From an uncultured Lentisphaerota bacterium (GTDB taxonomy: Bacteria > Verrucomicrobiota > Lentisphaeria > Victivallales > UBA1829), in assembly GCA_900320095.1 (NCBI GenBank), contig ONQZ01000007.1:534-64533 (forward strand): a stretch of DNA of 64,000 bases. Direction: 5' to 3'. Made by a program: the position numbers and the translations under genes. The notes beneath the pieces are model-generated. The model did not search any database, was not told where the DNA came from, and saw only the letters and a list, made by a program, of their open reading frames with translations. Positions 1-8,320 of the stretch are shown here, one piece after another (position 1 is the first letter of the stretch; every line of letters starts with the position of its first letter).

Positions 1-440
1 TCGTCATGATCGTCTTCGGCGTCGTGGTCATGGTCGTCGTCATCGTCGCCGCCAATCACTTCGATCCCGGCGCCGGTGTCGATCACCACGATGCCTTTGC
101 CAGCGCTCAACGCCGCCTTGCAGATGTGGTCGTCGAGCCCGGCGCCGTTCTTGAACAGCAGAAGCGGTTTGCGGGCGGCGGAGACCTTCATGAGGTCGTT
201 CGGGGTCAGGACATAGTCGTGGGGACATCCGGCGTCCGGCGGGGTCAGCAGCTCCGCCTCGATCCCGGTCCCGTCCAGGACTTCGCGAGTCAGCACCCAG
301 ATCGGATATGTGGTCGCGGCGACGCCGTAGCCTTCCTGAGCCGTGGTGTGCACCGCCGACGTGATCCTGCCGGGCAGGAAGTACAGGACGGCGCACAGCG
401 CGACGAGCGCGAGCAGAAAACTGATGGTGAAGAATTTCAT
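1..440 (-). CDS. Zn/Mn ABC transporter substrate-binding protein (ZnuA/TroA family), truncated by the window start
   Basis: Absent from the ORF track; translated by hand from ATG at 440 (AAGGAG RBS upstream): MKFFTISFLLALVALCAVLYFLPG...AATTYPIW...PPDAGCPHDYVLTPNDL...NGAGLD...DDDDDHDHDAEDDHD. The PHDY-LTP-D motif and His/Asp-rich loop are typical of cluster A-I metal SBPs. Confidence 0.85.
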   Translation of the reverse strand, partial: MKFFTISFLLALVALCAVLYFLPGRITSAVHTTAQEGYGVAATTYPIWVLTREVLDGTGIEAELLTPPDAGCPHDYVLTPNDLMKVSAARKPLLLFKNGAGLDDHICKAALSAGKGIVVIDTGAGIEVIGGDDDDDHDHDAEDDHD

Positions 441-506
441 TCTGTCAAAACTCCTTTTTCGGTCTTGCGTTGAGGATATGAGCCGGTCAAACAAAATGAA
501 TCAATT

Positions 507-534
507 ACTATACACGAAAAAAAGAAAAAAGCAA
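507..534 (-). promoter_or_regulatory. sigma70-type promoter of the ZnuA-like gene
   Basis: TTGCTT-16-TATAGT on the minus strand, about 65 nt upstream of the ATG at 440. Confidence 0.55.
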
Positions 535-643
535 ATCCCGGCCTCGTTTTCCGCTCCGTGTCCGAGCTCGGCCGGACACTGTTCCGTGGAGACTTCGTCT
601 CCTCAGGCGGCCGGGACGTGTTGTTTTGTGCGAAGATGCTTTT

Positions 644-2965
644 TTACGCGGCGGGAACGGTCTCTTCGGACTGCCCCTTGACATTCTGCTGCTTGATGAG
701 ATTCTGAACTTTCTCCAGATTCTCCTTGCCGAACGCATCGTCGGGCGCGATGACCAGCAGATGCTTGCACTGGTCTTCCGCCTGCATGTATCTTTCGGCG
801 GCGATGCTGTTTTCGATGACGTGGCGCATGCAGTCGGCCCACAGCTCGACGACGTCTTCGCGGTAGTTCACAGCGTGACGCGGGAAACTGAGAACATTCA
901 CGGCATCCTCATAGCGCTTTGCCTCGGACAGCCTTTTCGCATAGATGAACGCCGGAAGCATGGATGTCTTTTCCATATCGCAAGCCTCTTTTGCGGTCTC
1001 CAGCGCCTTTGCCTCGTCTCCTTTTTCGTGATAGAGTTCCGAGAGATTTACGAGAATCAGTGACGGGAAGCGGTAGGTCTTCAGGATCGCCTTGTATCTC
1101 ATCTCAGCCTCATCGAACCGCTCATATTCGCAGAGGCGGTTCGCCGCATAGAATGTGAATTCAGGATCGCCGGTCGGCGTCGACGCCAGCAGATCAAGCG
1201 CTTCGTTTTCTTTTTCTTCGTCTTCGGTCGCGAGCAGTGCCGCCGCACGGAAGAATTTTCCGAAATGCTCCAATTTGCCGTCCTGCAAGGGGGTCAGTTT
1301 GTCGGCCATAGCCAGCAGGTCTTCCACTCTTTTATTCTCCACACAGAATTGGAAATACAGGTTCAGCAGCTCCAGATTGAACTCGGAGTGTTCCACCAGT
1401 GTACGGAAGATGACGGAGGCCTCGTCGTAACGTCCGAGCTGATCCAGCGCCAGCATATACAGGAAAAGAAGCTCCCGGTTTTGGTCCTGTTCTTCTTCCG
1501 CGACGGGAAGAACCGACTCTATCATGGGAATCGCCTGTTCCGCCTTGCCGTTGAAGATCAGGTGTTCCACGGTCAGTTGCAGCAGCAGGGCGTCATCGGG
1601 GAATTGCTCCAGGGCCTCCATCAGGTCGGCCTCTTTTGCCAGTCCTTTTTTACACTGGTCCATGATAATGATCTCGGTAAGCATCCGGTTGCCATGCAGA
1701 TAGCCCGAAAGGATCTTCGCAAGGTCGGCCATCTGCGTCGGATCTTTGCTGATCTCCGGCTTTTCCATTTCTCCGGAAATATAATCCATGCAGATAAGCA
1801 TAGCGCGGTTGTGCAGATCATGGAACGGCGCCGAAGAGAAGATTTCCTGAGCTACGTTCCTGATTTCGTTGAATGCGCCGTTTTTTATTGCTACACGCAA
1901 CCGGACAAGACGGGAAAGCGGGGAGATAATGATGTTTCCCGTTTTTCTGACAGCGGAAACGAGTTTTTCCTCATCGTTCTCCATATATGCGACCAGGATT
2001 TCACAGTAATCCGCCAGAACGGGCAGAACACCCGGTTTCCGGCGCAGTTTCTTTTCCAATGCCTTGAGTTCGTCCAGTTTCCCCTCGAAAACGCAACTCT
2101 CTGCATACAGCAGATACATGTTGACGTCGTCGATCGTTTTCAGGTATGGTTCGAGAATGCTGATCACATCGGCGAACCGGCATTGGGAATAAGAGAAATC
2201 CGCCAGGTACAGCGTTCCCGCGAAATAGTTTGTGGCCACAGCCTGTTTCAACAAAGCCTCTATTTCTTCCAACCGGTCTGTTTCTGTGCCGAGCTGAGCT
2301 CGGATGCGCCTGATGGAATAGAGGATTGCTTCGAGACGCACAACGGGATCCTCCGACTGCATGGCGATGCTCAGATACGTGTTCCGTTCGGCATCGGAAA
2401 GGGAATCATACAATGCCATGAATTCCGCCAGTCGCCCCAGGTCGTTTTTGTGGAACGCCTCGGGATCGGCTTTCACGGCTTTCTGGTACACATCTTTTCC
2501 ATCCTTCGGGTGGCCGGAACGGCAGGACGAAATCACATACAGGTAAAGCTCCTGGTCGGTGAACGGTTCGTCCACTTTTGTTTTCCGTCCCAGAATACTG
2601 TGCAGAAGCGCATAGTTCGCGGATCGAGCCGCGCTGGTCAGCATGTTTTCGTAATACTCCGGATTCAGCGGGTTCAGGGAATTGGCCGTCTGCCACATCT
2701 GCGCCTCCATCCCGGCGTTGTCGAATTCATGGTAAATGTTTGCCAGCGCAACGAACTCCGCTTCTGCGTTCGGGTCTTTGGAAACGTACTGGAGCAGAAG
2801 ACGCTCCGCCGCCGAATAATCTTTGTTTTCGTATGCCGCCATCGCGGCGCGGCGCAGTTTCGTGCGGCGTATCGTCTTCACTCCGAAATATCCGCATGCC
2901 AGAAGACTTGCCAGAAGGATAAGCCCCAGCACGATGACCGCGATGTTTTTCCGGTTCATTTTCAT
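644..2965 (-). CDS. Membrane-anchored TPR-like alpha-solenoid protein, paralogue 1 (773 aa)
   Basis: N-terminal hydrophobic anchor, then helical repeats (AAERLLLQYVSKDPN, ERYMQAEDQCKHLLVIAPDD); alignable end to end with 4743-7058. Confidence 0.8.
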   Translation of the reverse strand: MKMNRKNIAVIVLGLILLASLLACGYFGVKTIRRTKLRRAAMAAYENKDYSAAERLLLQYVSKDPNAEAEFVALANIYHEFDNAGMEAQMWQTANSLNPLNPEYYENMLTSAARSANYALLHSILGRKTKVDEPFTDQELYLYVISSCRSGHPKDGKDVYQKAVKADPEAFHKNDLGRLAEFMALYDSLSDAERNTYLSIAMQSEDPVVRLEAILYSIRRIRAQLGTETDRLEEIEALLKQAVATNYFAGTLYLADFSYSQCRFADVISILEPYLKTIDDVNMYLLYAESCVFEGKLDELKALEKKLRRKPGVLPVLADYCEILVAYMENDEEKLVSAVRKTGNIIISPLSRLVRLRVAIKNGAFNEIRNVAQEIFSSAPFHDLHNRAMLICMDYISGEMEKPEISKDPTQMADLAKILSGYLHGNRMLTEIIIMDQCKKGLAKEADLMEALEQFPDDALLLQLTVEHLIFNGKAEQAIPMIESVLPVAEEEQDQNRELLFLYMLALDQLGRYDEASVIFRTLVEHSEFNLELLNLYFQFCVENKRVEDLLAMADKLTPLQDGKLEHFGKFFRAAALLATEDEEKENEALDLLASTPTGDPEFTFYAANRLCEYERFDEAEMRYKAILKTYRFPSLILVNLSELYHEKGDEAKALETAKEACDMEKTSMLPAFIYAKRLSEAKRYEDAVNVLSFPRHAVNYREDVVELWADCMRHVIENSIAAERYMQAEDQCKHLLVIAPDDAFGKENLEKVQNLIKQQNVKGQSEETVPAA

Positions 2966-3171
2966 CTCATCTTTCTTTTCAGCTCAATGGTTTCTATCGG
3001 ATATCCGCGATGGAACCAGCGAATACTTGATTGTTTTTTGTTTCCCCGTTTCATCTGTCAGGATATAAAACAGCAGGCCGTCCGACCGGGGAAGGACGAA
3101 CCGTCTGCCTTGACGCCGTTACCTTCTTTCGGAAGACGCGGCTTTCATGATTCTGTCAAATTCATCCTGAT

Positions 3172-3197
3172 GGGAAAGCCGCGGCAAACGGCTTCCC
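3172..3197 (-). terminator. Hairpin after the 3216-3896 gene (possible terminator or attenuator)
   Basis: GGGAAAGCCG-CGGCAAA-CGGCTTCCC stem-loop 19 nt past the stop; no U-tract. Confidence 0.4.
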
Positions 3198-3215
3198 CTG
3201 TCAGGATTATCAGAT

Positions 3216-3896
3216 TCAGGCTTTCACCTGCTTGCGGTTGCGGTACATCACCAGGGCGGCGCCGAAGCCGAGAGCGATGAGGAGCGTCACGACCGGAGCC
3301 GGCAGCGGAGCGCCGAAGGGTTCGCCGCCAACGAGGAACATTGCGCCGTTGTTGTACTGGCCGACCCAGTTGCCCTTGCCCATATAAATGATATTGCCAT
3401 CGCCGATGGACCAGAAGTCGTTGCCGTTGGTCGCGGATCTCTGCCAGACCGATTCGACGAACGCGCCATTTCCGTTGCCGCCGGCAAGGCCGATCTCGAT
3501 GATGTCGTCCGTAACAGGGATGGAGAACTCATAGATGCCGATAGCATGCTGGTTCAGACCCGCTCTCACATCTTCGGGCAGGTTTTCCATGCCGGCGATA
3601 ATCTTCTGGATCTTCGACTTGTCGGAGGAGACCAGATACTGGTCGTCCTTGCTCAGGAGAGATCTGTAGGAAAGAACGGGATCGGCATTTTCGCCTGTAC
3701 CCTGGGTATAGCCGTTCACATAATAATTCCAGCCGTTATTCATGCGGAACATTTTAATGTTCAGCGTATTCGTGCTTTCGGAGCGCTCCATCGTGAGAAA
3801 ATCGGACACGTTCGACATGTCGACTTTCGGTTTTGCAAAGGCGATGGTGGCGGAAACGAAGAGGGCGGCGGTGAGAAGGAGGTTGCTAAGTTTCAT
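3216..3896 (-). CDS. Secreted protein with G-x-PLP-CTERM sorting signal (cargo B, 226 aa)
   Basis: Signal peptide MKLSNLLLTAALFVSATIAFA; Gly/Asn-rich body; C-terminus GAPLPAPVVTLLIALGFGAALVMYRNRKQVKA. Confidence 0.8.
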   Translation of the reverse strand: MKLSNLLLTAALFVSATIAFAKPKVDMSNVSDFLTMERSESTNTLNIKMFRMNNGWNYYVNGYTQGTGENADPVLSYRSLLSKDDQYLVSSDKSKIQKIIAGMENLPEDVRAGLNQHAIGIYEFSIPVTDDIIEIGLAGGNGNGAFVESVWQRSATNGNDFWSIGDGNIIYMGKGNWVGQYNNGAMFLVGGEPFGAPLPAPVVTLLIALGFGAALVMYRNRKQVKA

Positions 3897-4090
3897 GGTA
3901 GATTACCTTTCGTTTGTTTGGGGGTGGCGGGTTGTCCGCCGTGCTTCCGGTTTGTTTTGTGTTTTGTTGGAAGTTTTCCGGAAGCGGTTTCGGGGCATTC
4001 GTTTGCTATGGAATCCGACGCGCGGCGCCCCGTGGGCCGCGACCGCAGAACTCCGGCGTCAGTCGTGTCCGATGCGCCGGGAATCCCGCC

Positions 4091-4558
4091 TCATTCCCTC
4101 TGACAGAATAAATCCGGTCCTGGGGAGATCGTGTGAATCGTATTAGGCGGATATGAATACAAAATCTTCATGCGGAGAAGACGTGCCGTGAGCAGAAGCA
4201 CGCTCTCCGTCGTTTGTTCGGAGTGATCGTTGCGGCGGCCGTTGCGGAGTTTCCGGGCGAGCCCGAACGCTGCGCCGAGGAGCAGGGAGATCAGCACGCC
4301 GGGGAGCGGCTGCCCGTGGACGGTGTTGATGCCGAGTTCGCGGTGCAGAAATTCCGAGGCGGCGGACCTGATGGAGTCGGTGAAGAGGAAAAGCGAAGCG
4401 GCGGCTTCATCCTGCGAGGCGGATTCAGCCTCGACGGCTTCCGCGGATACGGCGTATTCGCCCGCTCTGGACGCGTCGAACGCATCCACGGCGAGGGTCT
4501 CGAACGAGAAGCCCGCCGCGAACAGGAAGATCGCCAGGATTGTCAGAAGTCGTTTCAT
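4091..4558 (-). CDS. Small secreted protein with G-x-PLP-CTERM signal and a C-terminal extension (cargo C, 155 aa)
   Basis: Signal peptide MKRLLTILAIFLFAAGFSFETLA; internal GQPLPGVLISLLLGAAFGLARKLRNGRR; RBS (GGAGA) and a good promoter upstream. Confidence 0.65.
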   Translation of the reverse strand: MKRLLTILAIFLFAAGFSFETLAVDAFDASRAGEYAVSAEAVEAESASQDEAAASLFLFTDSIRSAASEFLHRELGINTVHGQPLPGVLISLLLGAAFGLARKLRNGRRNDHSEQTTESVLLLTARLLRMKILYSYPPNTIHTISPGPDLFCQRE

Positions 4559-4596
4559 GAAGCCGTATTCTCCGTTTCTTGCAGTTCAATTATATA

Positions 4597-4625
4597 AATA
4601 TACACCCGCGAATCATTATTTTCAA
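4597..4625 (-). promoter_or_regulatory. sigma70-type promoter for cargo C (and probably cargo B)
   Basis: TTGAAA-17-TATATT, 39 nt upstream of the ATG at 4558. Confidence 0.7.
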
Positions 4626-4742
4626 GGTTATTTAATAAAAAACCAAGTTTTTCTAACAAAGTCTGGGAATGAAGGATTGCGAATGGGAAAATGCCCGTTG
4701 TGTTAGGAACAATTGTCCTTGCTTTTTGAGAATAAGAACTCT

Positions 4743-7058
4743 TTATTGCATGGGAGTTGCGGGCTTGGGCGATTCGATCCGCTTTCCCGTGCTTCTCTGC
4801 CCGAGTTTTTTCCGGGCTTTCTCCAGGTTTTCTTTTGCCATGGCATCATCCGGCGCGAAGATGAGCAGGTGCTTGCACTGTTCTTCCGCCTGCATGTATC
4901 TTTCGCCGGTCATGCTGGCCTCGATGACGTGGTGCATGATGTCCGTCCAGAGATTCATGATCTCATCCGGCAGCTCGACTTTGCGATTCGGGATGCTGAG
5001 GACTTTTTCCGCATCCTGATACTGTCCGTTTGCCGCGAGCATTTTCGCATAGATGAATTGGCCGCCCCCGTTGTCCTGATCCGTTTCCCACGCCTGTTTC
5101 GCATAGGAAAGGGCTTCCGCCTTCATTCCTTTGGCCAGATAGACCTCGGCGATATTGGCGAAAATCAGACGATTGTCGGGATACTTGTCAACCAATGCGA
5201 GATAGCAGGAAAGCGCCTGGTCCGGCAAGTCGTATTTTGAGAACAGATTTGCCGCGCGGAGTGCGAAGTCCGGAAGGTCCGTTTTTGTGGTTTTGAGCAG
5301 GGAAAGCGCATCATCCTTCTTTCCCTGCAGAAGCAGTTCCTCCGCCCGGAAGAACGAGGCCAGCGCCTTCAGGTCCGGTACGTCCGAGGCGGCCAGTCGT
5401 TCCGCCATTTTCGACAGTTCCTCTTTGCGCTCATGTTTGATGCAGAACCTGAGATAGCGATAGAGAATTTCACGGTCCATTTCATTATTGTCGACCAGGG
5501 CGGCGAATTCCTTCGCGGCTTCGTCGATCTTTCCCGTAAGCTCCAGTGCGAGCATGTGCAGGAGGTCGAACGAAATGGAACGTTCTTTTTTCTCAAGCGC
5601 ATAGAACCGTTCGACGTAATCGAGACACTGTTCCGGATTGCCGTTGAAAAGCTCGAATTCGGCAGCAACTTCCAGAAGATACGGGTCCTGCGGAAATGCC
5701 TCCAGATTTTCCTGAAGGATCTGGCGGGTCAGCACATTCCTCTTGCGCATATCTGAGATGATTATCCGTATCACTAAAGGATCCTTTTTGTCGGAACCGG
5801 AAATAAGCTGGGCAAGTTTAATGATCCGGGAATCTTCGGCACAATCCGGGTTTTCCTGGATTTTGCTCCATAGATAGTACTGGACTGCGGCACGGGCTCT
5901 ATCCCGCAGGTCGTAGAACGGCGGTTTTTTCATGATCGTTTCGAGGATGTTGACGATCTTTTCCACATTGTCGTTATTGAGCGCGATCTGGAGATTCATC
6001 AGATTGGCGAGGTCCGTCTGTGCTGCACCGACTTCCTGCATGTGCTTGGCGAGGTCGTCGTTATTGTCCTGAGTGAAATCGTACAGCGCTTCAAAATAAG
6101 CAATCTGCATCCTGTATTTCTGTCCGAGGGAACGGGAATGTTCGATCAGCGGTTTCAGCTTCTCCGGCTGTGCGCCGTACACGCAGCTTTCCGCATAAAG
6201 AATGGATAGCAGATTATGATCAATATTCGCCAGATAAGGCTCAGCGATCTCGATTACGGAACCGAATTTCATGTGGGAATAATAGAAATCGACCAGAAGC
6301 GGGGTCGCGGCGAACCGGTTCAGTTCGACCGCCTGTTTCAACAGTTTTTCCCTCTGTTCCAGGATGGAGGATTCTGTGCCGTCTCCGGAAACAGCAAGAG
6401 ACGCGGTGCGAAGCAGGATGGATTCCAGCCGGACGAAAGGATTGTCCGACTTGATTCCGTCGTCTATAAATTTCCTGCGCTCGTCATCGGTACGTTTTCC
6501 GATTGTTACAAGGAACTCCGCAAATCGACCGAGATCATCCTTTCGGAATACCTCCGGATCCGCCTTGAGCATACGTTCATAATACTTTTCGGCATCCCTG
6601 GCACGGTCTGTGATAACCGCGCTGATGAGGTACAGCATCATTTCCTTCGGAGCCAGTTTCGTATTCAGGACGGCCTTGCGGTTCAGGGCCGTGTAAAGGT
6701 GCTGGAAGTTGCGAGCGTTCATGGCGCACGTTGTGTAATTGTCCCAGTACTCCGGCTTCAGCGGATTCAGCGTGCTGGCTCGATGCCAGCATCGCATTTC
6801 CTCGCCCGTATTGCCGAAATGGTTATAGACCTTAGCAAGGCGGACGAAATCCTCCTCGCTGTCAGGATCCTTCCTCACGTATTCGTTCAGAAGTTTCTCC
6901 GCTTTTTTCCAGTCCTCCGCGGCAAAAGCCTTCCTCGCTTCCATCCGCAGATGGCTCCGGCGCATCGTCTTGATCCCGAAATACCCCAGGAATCCGAGAC
7001 ACGCGAGCAGAACGACCGATACAAGGACAATTACAAGAACAAGTTTGGTCTTTTTCAT
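4743..7058 (-). CDS. Membrane-anchored TPR-like alpha-solenoid protein, paralogue 2 (771 aa)
   Basis: Start moved to MKKTKLVLV (ATG at 7058, [15 protein letters not shown]); same architecture as 644-2965 (GYFGIKTMRR, YVRKDPD, DLGRFAEF, ERYMQAEEQCKHLL). Confidence 0.8.
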   Translation of the reverse strand: MKKTKLVLVIVLVSVVLLACLGFLGYFGIKTMRRSHLRMEARKAFAAEDWKKAEKLLNEYVRKDPDSEEDFVRLAKVYNHFGNTGEEMRCWHRASTLNPLKPEYWDNYTTCAMNARNFQHLYTALNRKAVLNTKLAPKEMMLYLISAVITDRARDAEKYYERMLKADPEVFRKDDLGRFAEFLVTIGKRTDDERRKFIDDGIKSDNPFVRLESILLRTASLAVSGDGTESSILEQREKLLKQAVELNRFAATPLLVDFYYSHMKFGSVIEIAEPYLANIDHNLLSILYAESCVYGAQPEKLKPLIEHSRSLGQKYRMQIAYFEALYDFTQDNNDDLAKHMQEVGAAQTDLANLMNLQIALNNDNVEKIVNILETIMKKPPFYDLRDRARAAVQYYLWSKIQENPDCAEDSRIIKLAQLISGSDKKDPLVIRIIISDMRKRNVLTRQILQENLEAFPQDPYLLEVAAEFELFNGNPEQCLDYVERFYALEKKERSISFDLLHMLALELTGKIDEAAKEFAALVDNNEMDREILYRYLRFCIKHERKEELSKMAERLAASDVPDLKALASFFRAEELLLQGKKDDALSLLKTTKTDLPDFALRAANLFSKYDLPDQALSCYLALVDKYPDNRLIFANIAEVYLAKGMKAEALSYAKQAWETDQDNGGGQFIYAKMLAANGQYQDAEKVLSIPNRKVELPDEIMNLWTDIMHHVIEASMTGERYMQAEEQCKHLLIFAPDDAMAKENLEKARKKLGQRSTGKRIESPKPATPMQ

Positions 7059-7118
7059 TTCTTTTTCCTGGGCGCATCGTGGTACTGTCTTCCCGATGCG
7101 TATCATTGTCAGTGGTTC

Positions 7119-7150
7119 AAAAAAGCCCCGGTCAGTTTCCCAACCGGGGC
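7119..7150 (-). terminator. Rho-independent terminator between cargo A and TPR paralogue 2
   Basis: Minus strand GCCCCGGT-loop-ACCGGGGC followed by TTTTTT. Confidence 0.75.
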
Positions 7151-7196
7151 GAATTTCATCAATAAACGTTTAGAAAATGCTTTTGCCGTGAACGGT

Positions 7197-8057
7197 TCAA
7201 GCCGTGATGGCTTTTCTGCGGCGGACATACCAGAATCCGAGCCCGAAGAGTCCGGCGATCAGAGCGATCTGAAGGCCACCGGGAAGCGGAGAACCGACAG
7301 CTCCCGGATCTGAAGCGATAATTCCGAAAAAGACACGGCTGCCATTCGGGTCAAGCGCGGCAAGAGGCATCGCCAGTCCAGCTTCTGTGGCATTTCCATT
7401 CTTATAAAGCAGCATCAGCTGGTCCGTGGCATCAGTGGTGGTAATGCCATCGCCATATCCGCCTTTGTACCATGTGGAATAGGACCAGGCCCCTTCCTCA
7501 AGATTGTTAGTGCGATTCAGATAGATTTCGATTTCGTCGCCCGCCGAGAAAGTTCCAAGATAATACTTATTGCGGGTCACGTCATATTGGTAGTACTCAT
7601 TGGGGGCAAAATGCACGCTTTCGAAAGGAACGGCTTCGGCCTTAAGAGGATTGATTTCTTCCTTACCGATTAGGGCCTCGTTCTGGGAGTCCAGATAACG
7701 GAATCCGACATAAGAGATGCCTTTTGCCATCAGGGAATCAACGTTAGTGCTGCTTCCTACATTATCAATATAGTCACCGAGGTAAAGACTGACACTCTCT
7801 CCCGTAATGCGAATCGTGTAAAGAGAATCGTGCTGGAGAGTTTGATTCGGGTAGTTGCTTCTGACAACCTGATAGGAACCATAATCGGTGATGATGCCAT
7901 TGACAGCATACGTATGACCCGCCCAATTGAGATTGTCTGCGACATCAGTATAGGGTTTGTTCGACGCGCTTTCAAAATAGTCGTAATAAGTTCCGGCGGA
8001 TGCGGTAGCTGCCGTGAGCGCAAGTGCGGCGGTGAGGATCGGAAGAATGTGTTTCAT
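7197..8057 (-). CDS. Secreted protein with G-x-PLP-CTERM sorting signal (cargo A, 286 aa)
   Basis: Signal peptide MKHILPILTAALALTAATASA; Tyr/Asn/Gly/Ser/Thr-rich; C-terminus GSPLPGGLQIALIAGLFGLGFWYVRRRKAITA; visibly lower GC than core genes. Confidence 0.8.
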   Translation of the reverse strand: MKHILPILTAALALTAATASAGTYYDYFESASNKPYTDVADNLNWAGHTYAVNGIITDYGSYQVVRSNYPNQTLQHDSLYTIRITGESVSLYLGDYIDNVGSSTNVDSLMAKGISYVGFRYLDSQNEALIGKEEINPLKAEAVPFESVHFAPNEYYQYDVTRNKYYLGTFSAGDEIEIYLNRTNNLEEGAWSYSTWYKGGYGDGITTTDATDQLMLLYKNGNATEAGLAMPLAALDPNGSRVFFGIIASDPGAVGSPLPGGLQIALIAGLFGLGFWYVRRRKAITA

Positions 8058-8320
8058 GTGGTTCCTGTCTCGTTTCTGTCCAGCTCATTTGAAGCCGGAC
8101 GGTTGTAAGTTGTTCCCCTCTTAGAACGTCCAGGGATGATTCATCTTATACGATTTAATATAATGTTTCTTAGATAATAAATGTCTTTACAAGAAAAATA
8201 ATTAAGCTCAAATCATAAAAGTGACGGTAGCCTTTTTTGTTCAATCGATATTTTTTTATCTTTTCCGCTGTCCGAAAGACTTGCCCGGATGTCATGAACA
8301 TCTTTTCTTCAGAAACGCCG

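Noticed and set aside
6-473. 155-aa plus-strand ORF and the 40-396 minus-strand ORF
   Set aside because: Shadow or wrong-frame ORFs; the real gene is the ZnuA-like frame starting at 440 and running off the window.
3897-4090. Riboswitch (c-di-GMP/GEMM) upstream of cargo B
   Set aside because: The reverse complement lacks the conserved GEMM nucleotides and stems; mostly an A/C-rich unstructured leader.
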